From Parcubacteria group bacterium (GTDB lineage Bacteria > Patescibacteriota > Minisyncoccia > Moranbacterales > UBA9337): a stretch of 64,000 bases of DNA. The stretch is taken from positions 11,835 to 75,834 of the forward strand of contig JBAZSW010000002.1 of NCBI GenBank assembly GCA_041662245.1, given 5' to 3'. Positions 47,444-57,143 of this stretch are shown piece by piece; position 1 is the first letter of the stretch, and the number at the start of each line of letters is the position of its first letter. The translations under genes were made by a program, and so were the position numbers. The notes below the pieces were generated by a model. It worked only from the letters and a program-made list of their open reading frames with translations. It was not told the origin of the DNA and made no database searches.

Positions 47444-47565
47444 TTAATAGGAAGGGGGTTGGATCCTCTTTATAGCGAAAATTGAATAATAATCAAGGTG
47501 TCCCGTTAAATCGGGAAAGCTAGATGGAACCGCGAGAATTCTCGTTCTAGCAATTTAATTTTTTA
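47444..47565 (+). promoter_or_regulatory. candidate glycine T-box leader upstream of glyQS
   Basis: TTGACT-16-TACTAT promoter at 47415-47442. UGGAACCGCG at 47524-47533 matches the T-box core UGGN-ACCGCG, with N=A as expected for the U73 discriminator of tRNA-Gly. It sits in the 5' strand of a terminator-like helix (GCTAGA...CGAGAATTCTCG...TCTAGC) followed by AATTTAATTTTTT. Confidence 0.3.
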
Positions 47566-47661
47566 GATTGTTTGGGATGAGGATTTTTTTTATTTTTTAT
47601 AATAAAATTTAATTTTTTCTGGCTAATTTAGCTAAAGGTTAAAAAGCTAAGAAACTAAAAT

Positions 47662-49050
47662 ATGATTTTAAAAAAAGAAAGAGAAGAGAATAATTTAATG
47701 GAGAAAATCGTTTCTTTTTGCAAAAGAAAGGGTTTTATTTTTCCATCAAGTGAAATTTACGGGGGATTTGCCAACTCTTATTCCTACGGTCCTTATGGAG
47801 CGGAACTGAAAAATAATATTAAAAAGTTGTGGTGGAAAAAGGTAGTGCAAGAAAGAGAGGATATCATCGGAATTGATGGACCGATTTTGCTTAATTCAAA
47901 ATTATGGGAGGCTTCAGGGCATACTAGTGGATTTAACGATGCTATGGTGGATTGTAAAAAATGTAAAAAAAGATTTCGAGCTGATCATGTTGTCGAGGAG
48001 GCGACGGGCAAAGATTTGGAGGGACAGCTAGAAGCAATGACTAAAGTTTTAAAAGAAGAAAAAGTAAAATGTCCCGAATGCGGTGAATCAGATTGGACCA
48101 ACGTGAGAGAAATGAATATGATGTTTAAAACGGAAATGAATGGTTATTACGGGGATGTTTATTTACGACCAGAAACTGCGGGAGCTATCTTTATTGAGTT
48201 TAAAAATATCGTTGATTCTATGCGAGTGAAAGTTCCCTTTGGGATTGCTCAAATAGGAAAGGCTTTTCGTAATGAAATAGTGGCGGGTAATTTCATTTTT
48301 AGACTTCGTGAATTTGAACAGATGGAGATTGAATTTTTTATTGATCCAGAAAAAGATTGGGAAACTGTTTTTGAAAATTGGACTATTTTTCAAGAGAATT
48401 TTGCGATGGCTTTGGGAGCGAAAAAAGAAGATTTAAGAAGATATGAACATGCTAAAGAAAAATTATCGCATTATTCAAGAAAAACTGTGGATATCGAATA
48501 TAAATTTCCTTTTGGTTTTGGAGAACTGTTTGGTTTGGCTCATCGAGGAGATTTTGATTTATCCCAACATGCTAAATTTTCGGGTAAAAAATTGGAATAT
48601 TTTGATGCTGAAAAAAACAGAAGATTTGTGCCTCATGTTATCGAGCCAACTTTTGGCTTGGACAGGAGCATTCTTTTGACGTTGCTGGCGGCTTATCGCG
48701 AAGAGCAGATGGAAGATGGAAGCGAAAGAGCAGTGATGAAATTTCCTAAAAATTTAGCGCCTATCAAAGTAGCAATTTTTCCTTTGCTAAAAAATAAACC
48801 GGAATTAGTTAAAAAAGCCAAAGAAATTTTTGATAATTTGAAAGGTGACTTTATGTGCGAATTTGATGATAATGGGAACATTGGGAAAAGATACCGTCGT
48901 CAAGATGAAATTGGAACTCCTTATTGCTTGACGGTAGATTTTGAAACATTGGAAGACGGATGTGTTACTGTGCGGGACAGGGACACGATGGAGCAAAAAA
49001 GAATTAAAATTGAAGAATTAAAAAGTTTTCTAGGTGAGAATTTAAAATAA
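47662..49050 (+). CDS. glyQS: glycine--tRNA ligase (alpha2 dimeric type)
   Basis: N-terminus FPSSEIYGGFANSYSYGPYGAELKNNIKKLWW, the class II motifs, the Zn-binding CxxC...CPEC insertion, and a C-terminal anticodon-binding domain. Confidence 0.9.
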   Translation: MILKKEREENNLMEKIVSFCKRKGFIFPSSEIYGGFANSYSYGPYGAELKNNIKKLWWKKVVQEREDIIGIDGPILLNSKLWEASGHTSGFNDAMVDCKKCKKRFRADHVVEEATGKDLEGQLEAMTKVLKEEKVKCPECGESDWTNVREMNMMFKTEMNGYYGDVYLRPETAGAIFIEFKNIVDSMRVKVPFGIAQIGKAFRNEIVAGNFIFRLREFEQMEIEFFIDPEKDWETVFENWTIFQENFAMALGAKKEDLRRYEHAKEKLSHYSRKTVDIEYKFPFGFGELFGLAHRGDFDLSQHAKFSGKKLEYFDAEKNRRFVPHVIEPTFGLDRSILLTLLAAYREEQMEDGSERAVMKFPKNLAPIKVAIFPLLKNKPELVKKAKEIFDNLKGDFMCEFDDNGNIGKRYRRQDEIGTPYCLTVDFETLEDGCVTVRDRDTMEQKRIKIEELKSFLGENLK

Positions 49051-49086
49051 TTTTCAAAGATAAATTTCACAAAAGGGGGATAGGCT

Positions 49087-49212
49087 ATGCCGGAATATGA
49101 AATTTTAAATGAAAATGGTTTTTTTGTGGGCAGTGCTCCAGCGAATAGAACTGAAATAAAGGAACGTATCGGATGGCTAGGTTCAACGGCTGATGAGCTG
49201 CCGGAGAATTAA
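49087..49212 (+). CDS. small ORF (41 aa) with a strong Shine-Dalgarno
   Basis: GGGGGA sits 7 nt upstream of the ATG. MPEYEILNENGFFVGSAPANRTEIKERIGWLGSTADELPEN. Elevated GC. Not in the ORF track. Confidence 0.25.
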   Translation: MPEYEILNENGFFVGSAPANRTEIKERIGWLGSTADELPEN

Positions 49213-49320
49213 TTAATACCACACAGGGACTTGAGAAGGAATAAACAAAAGGATAAGGAAAGGAACATCGCTCCTTTCCTTAAAGCTAGTTGATTGAGTA
49301 AATCTATATCTAGATAAAAT

Positions 49321-50832
49321 ATGCAAAAAGAATTAATGGAAAAATTTAAAGAGGAACTATTAGAAATAAGTTATCTTAGTTCTGCTGTGGCGGTTTTGCA
49401 TTGGGATCAAGAAGTTAATATGCCGAGTAAGGGAAATGATTTGAGAGCAAAGATAATTGGAAGTCTTTCGGGAGAATTGCATAATAAATTTACGTCTGAT
49501 AATTTTGAAAAATTATTATTGGAACTAAGGAAAGAAATGGATGCGGGAAAACTTAGTGATGAAGATAACTGTATTGTGAGAGAATCTTGGCGAGAATTTT
49601 CTAGGGAGAAAAAATTGCCATTGAATTTCGTGAAAGAGCTGGCTGAGACCACTTCGAAAGCACAAATGATTTGGGCCAAGGCAAGGAAGAAAAATGATTT
49701 CAAATTATTTCTTCCTGAACTTAAAAAGATAGTGGCCCTCAAAAGAAAAGAAGCCAAACTGGTGGGATATAAAGATTCGCCTTATAATGCACTTTTGGAC
49801 ATCTATGAGCCTTATGTGGATGTAGAGGAAATTGAAATGATTTTTTCGGAGTTAAAAGATTTCTTAGTGCCCTTTTTAGCTAAAATAAAGAAATCGAAAG
49901 TTAAAATAAATAGCAATACCCTAAAAGGAAATTTTGCAATTGAAAAACAAGTTAAATTTAATGAATTTGTAGCAAAAAAGATTGGATTTGATTTTGAAGC
50001 GGGGAGATTGGATAAAAGCACCCATCCTTTTACGATAGGATTTCATCCTCAAGATGTGCGGATAACAACTCGTTATGACGAAAAAGATTTATTTCATTCG
50101 ATAAATAGTACTATTCATGAAACTGGACACGCTCTTTATGATCAGGGGATTTTGCTGGAGGGTTTTGGGACACCACTGGGGGAATCAATTTCACTAGGAA
50201 TTCATGAGTCTCAATCGAGAATGTGGGAAAATATCATTGGAAAGAGTGAGATTTTTTGGCAATATTTTTATCCAAAAATGCAAAAAGATTTTTCGGAAAG
50301 CTTTGAAAGAATAAAACTTAGCGATTTTTATAAGGCAATAAATATCGTCAGGCCATCTTTAATAAGAACAGAAGCGGATGAGGTGACTTACAATTTGCAT
50401 ATTATTTTGCGTTTTGAAATTGAGAAAGATTTAATTGAGGGGAGTATTGCGGTAGAAGATTTGCCTCAAATATGGAATGATAAATTTAAAGAATATTTTG
50501 GAATAAAAGTTTCTAGCGATGCGATGGGAGTTTTGCAGGATGTGCATTGGTCAGGTGGGATGATTGGGTACTTTCCTACCTATACTTTGGGAAATCTTTA
50601 TTCAGCTCAATTTTTTAACACCGCCAAGAGGGATATCCTAAATTTAGAAAAAGAAATAAAACGAGGTCAATTTGGTCATATTTTGGAATGGTTAAGAAAA
50701 AATATTCATATTCACGGAAAACTTTTTTCAGCTGAGCAATTAGTGGAGAAGGTAACAGGAGAAAAATTGACTAGTAAATATTTTATTGACTATTTAGAAA
50801 AGAAATATTCTAAGATATATGAATTGAAATAA
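49321..50832 (+). CDS. M32 carboxypeptidase (carboxypeptidase Taq family)
   Basis: HETGHALYDQG (HExxH), HESQSRMWEN, DVHW and IRTEADEVTYNLHIILRFEIE blocks. 503 aa. Confidence 0.8.
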   Translation: MQKELMEKFKEELLEISYLSSAVAVLHWDQEVNMPSKGNDLRAKIIGSLSGELHNKFTSDNFEKLLLELRKEMDAGKLSDEDNCIVRESWREFSREKKLPLNFVKELAETTSKAQMIWAKARKKNDFKLFLPELKKIVALKRKEAKLVGYKDSPYNALLDIYEPYVDVEEIEMIFSELKDFLVPFLAKIKKSKVKINSNTLKGNFAIEKQVKFNEFVAKKIGFDFEAGRLDKSTHPFTIGFHPQDVRITTRYDEKDLFHSINSTIHETGHALYDQGILLEGFGTPLGESISLGIHESQSRMWENIIGKSEIFWQYFYPKMQKDFSESFERIKLSDFYKAINIVRPSLIRTEADEVTYNLHIILRFEIEKDLIEGSIAVEDLPQIWNDKFKEYFGIKVSSDAMGVLQDVHWSGGMIGYFPTYTLGNLYSAQFFNTAKRDILNLEKEIKRGQFGHILEWLRKNIHIHGKLFSAEQLVEKVTGEKLTSKYFIDYLEKKYSKIYELK

Positions 50833-50948
50833 GATGAGATGTCATTTCGCTAGGGAGTTATGTTTAGAGGTTTCTGATACCTATTCTGTTTCTCTTCTTT
50901 GAAGGGGAGGGGAATTAGTTGTGAGGGGCTAGTTACAGGGAATTCTGA

Positions 50949-50977
50949 TTTGACTTTTCTCATTAATCTGCTATAAT
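50949..50977 (+). promoter_or_regulatory. sigma70-like promoter for typA
   Basis: TTGACT, 17-bp spacer, TATAAT. Confidence 0.5.
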
Positions 50978-51033
50978 AATCAAGCTGCTATCAGGTGGGG
51001 CAGTTTTTATTTTTGAATTTTAAATTAATTTTT

Positions 51034-52815
51034 ATGGATATACGAAATATTGCGATTATCGCACATGTGGATCATGGAAAAACTACAATTACTGATGCGA
51101 TTATGAAGCAAACCGGAGCAGCTGGACAAGATGATAGCATGGATAGTAATGCTCTGGAAAAAGAAAGAGGAATTACTATTTATGCCAAAAATACCTCAAT
51201 AATCTACAGAGATACAAAGATTAATATTGTGGATACCCCCGGACATGCTGATTTTGGCAGTGAAGTGGAGAGAGTGTTGCGTGCGATTGATAGCGTGGTT
51301 TTAGTTGTGGATGCCCAAGAAGGTCCAATGCCTCAAACTAGGTTTGTGCTTAAAAAATCATTGGAATTGAGACACAAACCGATGGTAGTGATAAACAAAA
51401 TTGATAAACCAGCGGCCAGATTGGGAGAAGTAGAAGATGAAATCTTTGAATTATTTTTAGAATTGGGGGCAGACGATGAACAATTAGAATTCCCAATTAT
51501 TTATAGTATTGGCAAACAGGGAATTGCCAAAAATAAACCTGAAGATGAATCTGACAGCATGACTCCTCTTCTGGATAAAATATTGGAGCATGTACCGGCT
51601 GCCAAAAATGACACTAGCGTACCACTTCGTTTGCAACCTTTTTCTTTAGCTTATGACGATTATCTGGGGCGATTAGCTGTGGCTAGAATATATGAGGGAG
51701 TTTTAAGGTTGGAGCCGGTTTTCATTAAGTCAAAAGATAAAGAAACCCGAAAAGGAAAAATTATAAAAATGTTTTCTTTTGAGGGAGTAAAAAGAAAGGA
51801 AACTCAGGAAGCTCTAGCGGGGGATATCGTGATGATTGCCGGAATTGATGATATTGATATCGGAGAAACTATTTGTGCTAAAGAAGATGCCCAAGCCTTA
51901 CCAGCGATTACGGTGGATGAGCCAACGATTGCTTTGGAATTTTTAGTAAATAGCTCCCCTTTTGCCGGAAAAGAGGGGGAATTCGTAACCAGAGAGCAAA
52001 TCCGTGAAAGACTAAAAAAAGAATTAGAAATAAATGTAGGACTTAAGGTGGACTTTACCAGTGATAACTTTACTGTTTATGGAAGAGGGGAATTACATGT
52101 GGCAGTCTTACTGGAAAATATGCGTCGAGAAGGTTTTGAAGTACAAGTTTCTCAACCGAGAGTAATCATTAAAGAAGTAGATGGTGCGAAGATGGAGCCA
52201 TTTGAAGAATTAACTGTAACTGTACCCAGTGAATTTTCGGGTGCAATTATTGAAAAATTGGGAAAAAGAAAGGGAATCATGATCGATATGAAACAAGCTC
52301 CAGATGGAACTAGAATGTTATTTGAGATTCCTACTCGTGGAGCATTGGGCTACAGAAGTGAATTTATCGTAGATACAAAAGGAGAAGGAATTTTGTCTAG
52401 TCGTTTTTTGGAATTTCGTCCTTATGTGGGAGAAATCAAAAAACGGGCAGTGGGTTCGATGATTTCAGGAGAAACCGGAAAAGCTCTCGGGTTTTCATTA
52501 TTTAATTTGCAACAAAGAGGTTCACTATATGTAAATGCTAGTCAAGAAGTTTATACGGGGCAAGTTATCGGGAATACTTCCAAAGGAGATGAGATGACAG
52601 TTAATCCGATTAAAGGAAAACATCTGACCAATATGAGAGCTAGTGGAAGTGATGATGCCATTACTTTGGTTCCGCCGATTGAAATTACCATTGAAAAAGG
52701 TTTGGAAATTATGGCAGGGGATGAATATCTGGAAGTCACACCCAAGAGTGTAAGGCTACGAAAACAATTCTTAACAGAAGCAGACAGAGTGAGAGCGAGC
52801 AGGAAGAGTAAGTAA
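51034..52815 (+). CDS. typA: translational GTPase TypA/BipA
   Basis: [19 protein letters not shown]1 motif, [13 protein letters not shown], and EF-G-like domains. ORF trimmed from 50995 to the Met at 51034. Confidence 0.9.
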   Translation: MDIRNIAIIAHVDHGKTTITDAIMKQTGAAGQDDSMDSNALEKERGITIYAKNTSIIYRDTKINIVDTPGHADFGSEVERVLRAIDSVVLVVDAQEGPMPQTRFVLKKSLELRHKPMVVINKIDKPAARLGEVEDEIFELFLELGADDEQLEFPIIYSIGKQGIAKNKPEDESDSMTPLLDKILEHVPAAKNDTSVPLRLQPFSLAYDDYLGRLAVARIYEGVLRLEPVFIKSKDKETRKGKIIKMFSFEGVKRKETQEALAGDIVMIAGIDDIDIGETICAKEDAQALPAITVDEPTIALEFLVNSSPFAGKEGEFVTREQIRERLKKELEINVGLKVDFTSDNFTVYGRGELHVAVLLENMRREGFEVQVSQPRVIIKEVDGAKMEPFEELTVTVPSEFSGAIIEKLGKRKGIMIDMKQAPDGTRMLFEIPTRGALGYRSEFIVDTKGEGILSSRFLEFRPYVGEIKKRAVGSMISGETGKALGFSLFNLQQRGSLYVNASQEVYTGQVIGNTSKGDEMTVNPIKGKHLTNMRASGSDDAITLVPPIEITIEKGLEIMAGDEYLEVTPKSVRLRKQFLTEADRVRASRKSK

Positions 52816-53153
52816 GAATGAAGAATTAAGAATCTGGGAATATGGGAATTTGAGAATTTAGGATTGTTGAGGATGTTATAATTGTTCAAACTGTTGTAGA
52901 TGATAAAAGATTTACGAATAAAAAAGTATATACTTAGGTATATACTTTTTTGATTTTAATGACAAATATCCAATGTCAAATGCCAAATAAATTTTTAATA
53001 ATTAAATTTTAAAATTAAAAGGTGTCACTTTTGTCCACGTGCGACTGAATGGACACTAATTTCTTTGGGGCGAGTTGTTGCTTGGATGGTTTGAAAATAT
53101 CATAAAAAAGTGTATTATTGAATTGTAATATATTAAATTTAATAGTAAAAAAT

Positions 53154-54575
53154 ATGAAGATAAATCCATATATTTTTCGTGGCTATGATTTAAGAGGAGT
53201 TGTTGATAAAGATCTTAATGTTGAAATAGTTGAGCATATCGGAAAAGCATTCGGGACATATCTAAAAAGAGAGGGTATCACTAGGGCTCTGATTTCCTAT
53301 GATTGTAGATTCACTAGTAAGGATTATAGCGAAGCGATGATCAGGGGCTTAACTTGGGCAGGTACGGATGTAGTTAATATAGGAATGAACTTGGTGGGCA
53401 CTTTTTATTGGGCTCAATATCATTTAGATTGTAAAGGCGGAGTTTTCGTAACAGCCTCGCATAATCCTGCTGAATATAACGGGTTTAAATTTGCCAATGA
53501 TTTTTCGGAAACTCTTGTAAGTGAGGGGATGCAAGAACTCAGAAGAATGACCGAAGAAGATGACTGCGAAAAAGGTGAAACGGTTGGAAAAGTAGAAAAT
53601 ATTGATATTCGGAAAGAATATTTAACAGATATTTCTAATCGGTTGCCTCTTTCGGGAAAGTTTAAAGTAGTAGTCGATCCAAGTTGTTCGACATCGGGAG
53701 TTATTATCCCAGATTTTCTAAGGGCGGTTGGTTGTGAGGTTATTGAAAAAAATTGTGAAATTGACCCTAGCTTTCCAATGGGAACTCCTGATCCGACAGA
53801 ATCAGCAGTAGCGGAAAGATTAAAAAATGAAGTGCTAGAAGTAGGAGCGGATATTGGATTCTCTTATGATCCAGATGGTGATAGAATCGGGATCGTTAGC
53901 GATAAAGGAGAAATAATTTGGAATGATGTTTTAGTGGCTATTTTTGCTATCGATGTTCTTTATGCTCATCCTGGAGAAAAAATAATGTTTAATACTCTCT
54001 GCTCAAAAGTCGTCCCAGAAACGATAACAAAATATGGAGGAGAGCCTTTTATGTGGAGAACAGGGCATTCCTTTTTAAAAAAGAAAAACCAAGAAATCAA
54101 AGCGGCTTTTATTGGAGAGTTATCTGGCCATTTTTTCTTTTCAACTGATTATTACAATCATGATGATGGATTTTATTCTACAATGAGGTTACTTTCTTAT
54201 CTGTCTAGAACAAACAAAAAAATGTCCCAAGCAATTGAAGATTTGCCAAAATATTTTTCAAGTCCAGAAATAAAAGTGGGTTGTGCTGATGATAAAAAGG
54301 TGGCTCTGATAGATAAAGTCAGTGAAGTGTTGAGTAAGGATTATCCTGACGCACAAGTTATTAATGATGAACGGGCAGGAGATGGAGTCAGATTGGACAT
54401 GGAAGATTCAATGTTTATAGTCAGATATTCTCAAAACGGTCCTTATTTAACTATAAAATTTGAAGCTAACAATCGAGATAAATATAATCAATTGAAAGAA
54501 TATATAAATAAATTGTTACATGAATACGAAGAAATCGATTGGAGCTATGGAGTTAATGTAGAAAGTTTAGCATGA
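53154..54575 (+). CDS. phosphoglucomutase/phosphomannomutase family protein
   Basis: TASHNPAEYNGFK active-site serine loop, the metal-binding DPDGDR motif and a sugar-binding loop. ORF trimmed to the Met at 53154. Confidence 0.85.
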   Translation: MKINPYIFRGYDLRGVVDKDLNVEIVEHIGKAFGTYLKREGITRALISYDCRFTSKDYSEAMIRGLTWAGTDVVNIGMNLVGTFYWAQYHLDCKGGVFVTASHNPAEYNGFKFANDFSETLVSEGMQELRRMTEEDDCEKGETVGKVENIDIRKEYLTDISNRLPLSGKFKVVVDPSCSTSGVIIPDFLRAVGCEVIEKNCEIDPSFPMGTPDPTESAVAERLKNEVLEVGADIGFSYDPDGDRIGIVSDKGEIIWNDVLVAIFAIDVLYAHPGEKIMFNTLCSKVVPETITKYGGEPFMWRTGHSFLKKKNQEIKAAFIGELSGHFFFSTDYYNHDDGFYSTMRLLSYLSRTNKKMSQAIEDLPKYFSSPEIKVGCADDKKVALIDKVSEVLSKDYPDAQVINDERAGDGVRLDMEDSMFIVRYSQNGPYLTIKFEANNRDKYNQLKEYINKLLHEYEEIDWSYGVNVESLA

Positions 54576-54674
54576 TATTCTTGAGGTATAAATTTGAATA
54601 GAAAACTGCTAGTTTATTTGGCAGTTTTTTTGTTTTGTTTTTTGGGTTATGTAATATATAATTAAAGAAATAGA

Positions 54675-54823
54675 GAACTGGTAGCGAGTAGAGAATTTAT
54701 TTCCCAAAAAAGTTTCTTTTTCCCCGGCTTTTCGTTTCACACAGTAGCTACAAAAAAGAATCCTTTTTCGGTAAATAAATTCAACGTTATAGTATTGAAA
54801 TAGTTTTTACTCGATACCGCTTA
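54675..54823 (+). repeat. 149-bp intergenic repeat, copy 2 of 3
   Basis: Identical to 44372-44520. Confidence 0.8.
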
Positions 54824-54829
54824 AGAAAG

Positions 54830-54960
54830 AATCAATTTTCTTCTCCTCATCCCCTTTGAAGGGGAGGTGTCCGAAAGGCGGAGGGGTTGGAAATCTAAAA
54901 AGAAACCCCCTCTGTCCTAACGGACATCTCCCCCTTTGGGTACAAAGATGGAGAGGGGAA
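54830..54960. other. GC-rich extended palindromic element in the 5' region of the acyl-CoA synthetase gene
   Basis: GGGGAGGTGTCCG ... GGAGGGGTT ... AACCCCCTC ... CGGACATCTCCCC forms nested inverted repeats. Flanking CCCCTTTGAAGGGG and CCCCCTTTGGG mini-hairpins. The local GC is far above the window background. Confidence 0.35.
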
Positions 54961-54985
54961 AGTTTTATTTTTAAAAAATAAAAAA

Positions 54986-57058
54986 ATGAAAAAAAATTTA
55001 GAAAAACTTTTTAATCCAACTACTGTGGCGATCGTGGGTTCTTCAGACAGAGAAGGAAGCGTGGGTTATGCTATTGTTAAAAACCTTTTAAATTTGGGTT
55101 ATGCAGGAGAAGTATTTTTAGTTAATCCTAAATATACAGAACTTTTAGGCAAAAAATGTTATGCTTCTTTAAATGATGTGGAAAAAGAAATTGATTTAGC
55201 TATTATTGTTATTCCTGCAACTTTTGTGAATGAGACAATCAAATTGGCAGAGAGGGTAAAGAACTTCATCGTTATTTCAGCGGGTTTTTCGGAAATTGGA
55301 AAAGATGGAAGAACGAAGGAGTTTGAGTTAGCAAAACTTGCGCGAGATAAGGGGGTGAATATTTTGGGACCAAATTGTTTGGGATTTATCTCACCAAAAA
55401 TAAAATTGAATGCTTCTTTTGCGAGCGGTCTTCCGGAGAGTGGAGGAGTTTCTCTAATTTCTCAATCAGGAGCTTTGGTAGTAGCGATGTTGGATATGGC
55501 CAAGGAGAAACAAATTAAATTTTCTCAAATAATTTCCGTAGGCAACAAGATGCAATTAGATGAAATAGAGTTGATAGAGTATCTAGCTAGTGATGAAGAG
55601 ACAAAGGTAATTGCTCTTTATCTAGAAGGGATTAGAGATGGTCAGAAATTCATCGAAGTAGTAAAAAAAGTTTCTCAAAAAAAACCAGTTATCATCCTTA
55701 AGGCAGGCAGGAGCGAAAAAGCACAAAAAGCTATTGCCTCTCATACGGGTTCTCTCGCGGGAAGCGATGAAATAATGAATGTGGCCTTTGAAAAAGCAGG
55801 AGCTGTCAGAGCAGAAAGTTTGGAAGATTTTTTTGTATTGATAACATTGATGTCTAATTTTAAAAATTCTGTTAGCAAGGATTGTATAATTATCACTAAC
55901 GCGGGTGGCCCTGGAGTGTTGGCTACAGATGCATTTGCAAATAAAAATATAAAGTTAAAAGAATTTTCAGAAAAAACCAAGGAAAAATTAAGAAGTTTTT
56001 TACCTAGTGAATCTTCAGTGGAAAATCCCATTGATTTATTGGGTGACGCGGGAATAGAAAGATATCAAAAAACATTGGAGTTGCTAGAAGAGGAAGATGC
56101 GGGTAATATAATCTGTTTAATGACTGCTCAAGATCAGACTCCCACTAAAGAAATTTCTCAAATTATCGTAGATTTTAGTAAAAAAACCAAAAAGAATATT
56201 TTGCCAGTTTTTATTGGAGGAGAAAAAATGAAAGACGCGATTGCTTTACTAAAAAATAATAATATTCCTAATTTTGACTTTCCTAAAGAAATATTGGATG
56301 CTTTAAATAAAATGTTAGGAAGTAAGAAAAATGAAGATATTCTTCCTGCTAAAATTAAAAAAAATGAATCTTTGCTCAAAAAATTGTTTGGTTCTAAAAA
56401 GGAAAGCATTATAGAAAAAGCTACAAGTAAAAATAGGAAAGCCCTTTTATTTGGTGAGGCAGGGGAGCTGATGAAACAATATTCTATTCCTGTAGTGGAC
56501 TTTTTGAATCTTTCTCCCGAGGGAAAAATCGACAGTAGTCGAGTTAATTTTCCGGTAGTTTTAAAAGTGGATAGCGAAGATGTTCTCCATAAGACCGAGA
56601 AGAAAGGCTTGATATTAGGAATTGGTGATGCGATTGAGTTAGAAAATAACATTTTGGAGATGAGAAATAATTTTCCTAGAGAAAATTTGATTATTCAGCC
56701 GATGGTGAGTTATGAAACGGAATTGATTTTGGGATTAAAAAGGGATTTAGTTTTCGGTCCTGTAATAGTTTTTGGTTTGGGAGGAATTTATACGGAAGTT
56801 TTTAAGATGGTGGATTTTTTGATTTTACCTTTAAGCAAAAATGAAATAGAAAAAAGAGTAATAGAAAGCAAAATAGGATTTTTATTTAAAGAAACTAGAG
56901 GAAAGAAAGCGGGAGATATCGATGAATTTGTAAATTTGATTTTTAATTTTGCGAGCTTGGCGGAAACCGAAGAAAAAATAAAGGAAATTGATATCAATCC
57001 GCTTTTAATAACTAAAGAGGGAAGATTGAAGGCGGTAGATGTGAAAATAATACTTTAA
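54986..57058 (+). CDS. acetate--CoA ligase (ADP-forming) / NDP-forming acyl-CoA synthetase, fused alpha-beta
   Basis: N-terminal CoA-binding Rossmann (TVAIVGSSDREGSVGYAI), a succinyl-CoA-synthetase-like ligase-CoA domain with a conserved His loop (IASHTGSLAG), and a C-terminal ATP-grasp. 690 aa. Confidence 0.75.
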   Translation: MKKNLEKLFNPTTVAIVGSSDREGSVGYAIVKNLLNLGYAGEVFLVNPKYTELLGKKCYASLNDVEKEIDLAIIVIPATFVNETIKLAERVKNFIVISAGFSEIGKDGRTKEFELAKLARDKGVNILGPNCLGFISPKIKLNASFASGLPESGGVSLISQSGALVVAMLDMAKEKQIKFSQIISVGNKMQLDEIELIEYLASDEETKVIALYLEGIRDGQKFIEVVKKVSQKKPVIILKAGRSEKAQKAIASHTGSLAGSDEIMNVAFEKAGAVRAESLEDFFVLITLMSNFKNSVSKDCIIITNAGGPGVLATDAFANKNIKLKEFSEKTKEKLRSFLPSESSVENPIDLLGDAGIERYQKTLELLEEEDAGNIICLMTAQDQTPTKEISQIIVDFSKKTKKNILPVFIGGEKMKDAIALLKNNNIPNFDFPKEILDALNKMLGSKKNEDILPAKIKKNESLLKKLFGSKKESIIEKATSKNRKALLFGEAGELMKQYSIPVVDFLNLSPEGKIDSSRVNFPVVLKVDSEDVLHKTEKKGLILGIGDAIELENNILEMRNNFPRENLIIQPMVSYETELILGLKRDLVFGPVIVFGLGGIYTEVFKMVDFLILPLSKNEIEKRVIESKIGFLFKETRGKKAGDIDEFVNLIFNFASLAETEEKIKEIDINPLLITKEGRLKAVDVKIIL

Positions 57059-57143
57059 TGAAATTTCAAATTTCAAATATCCAATTTCAAATAATAAAAT
57101 ATTGGATATAATATTTTCTCGAGAAGATAGATTGTGGTGAAAT

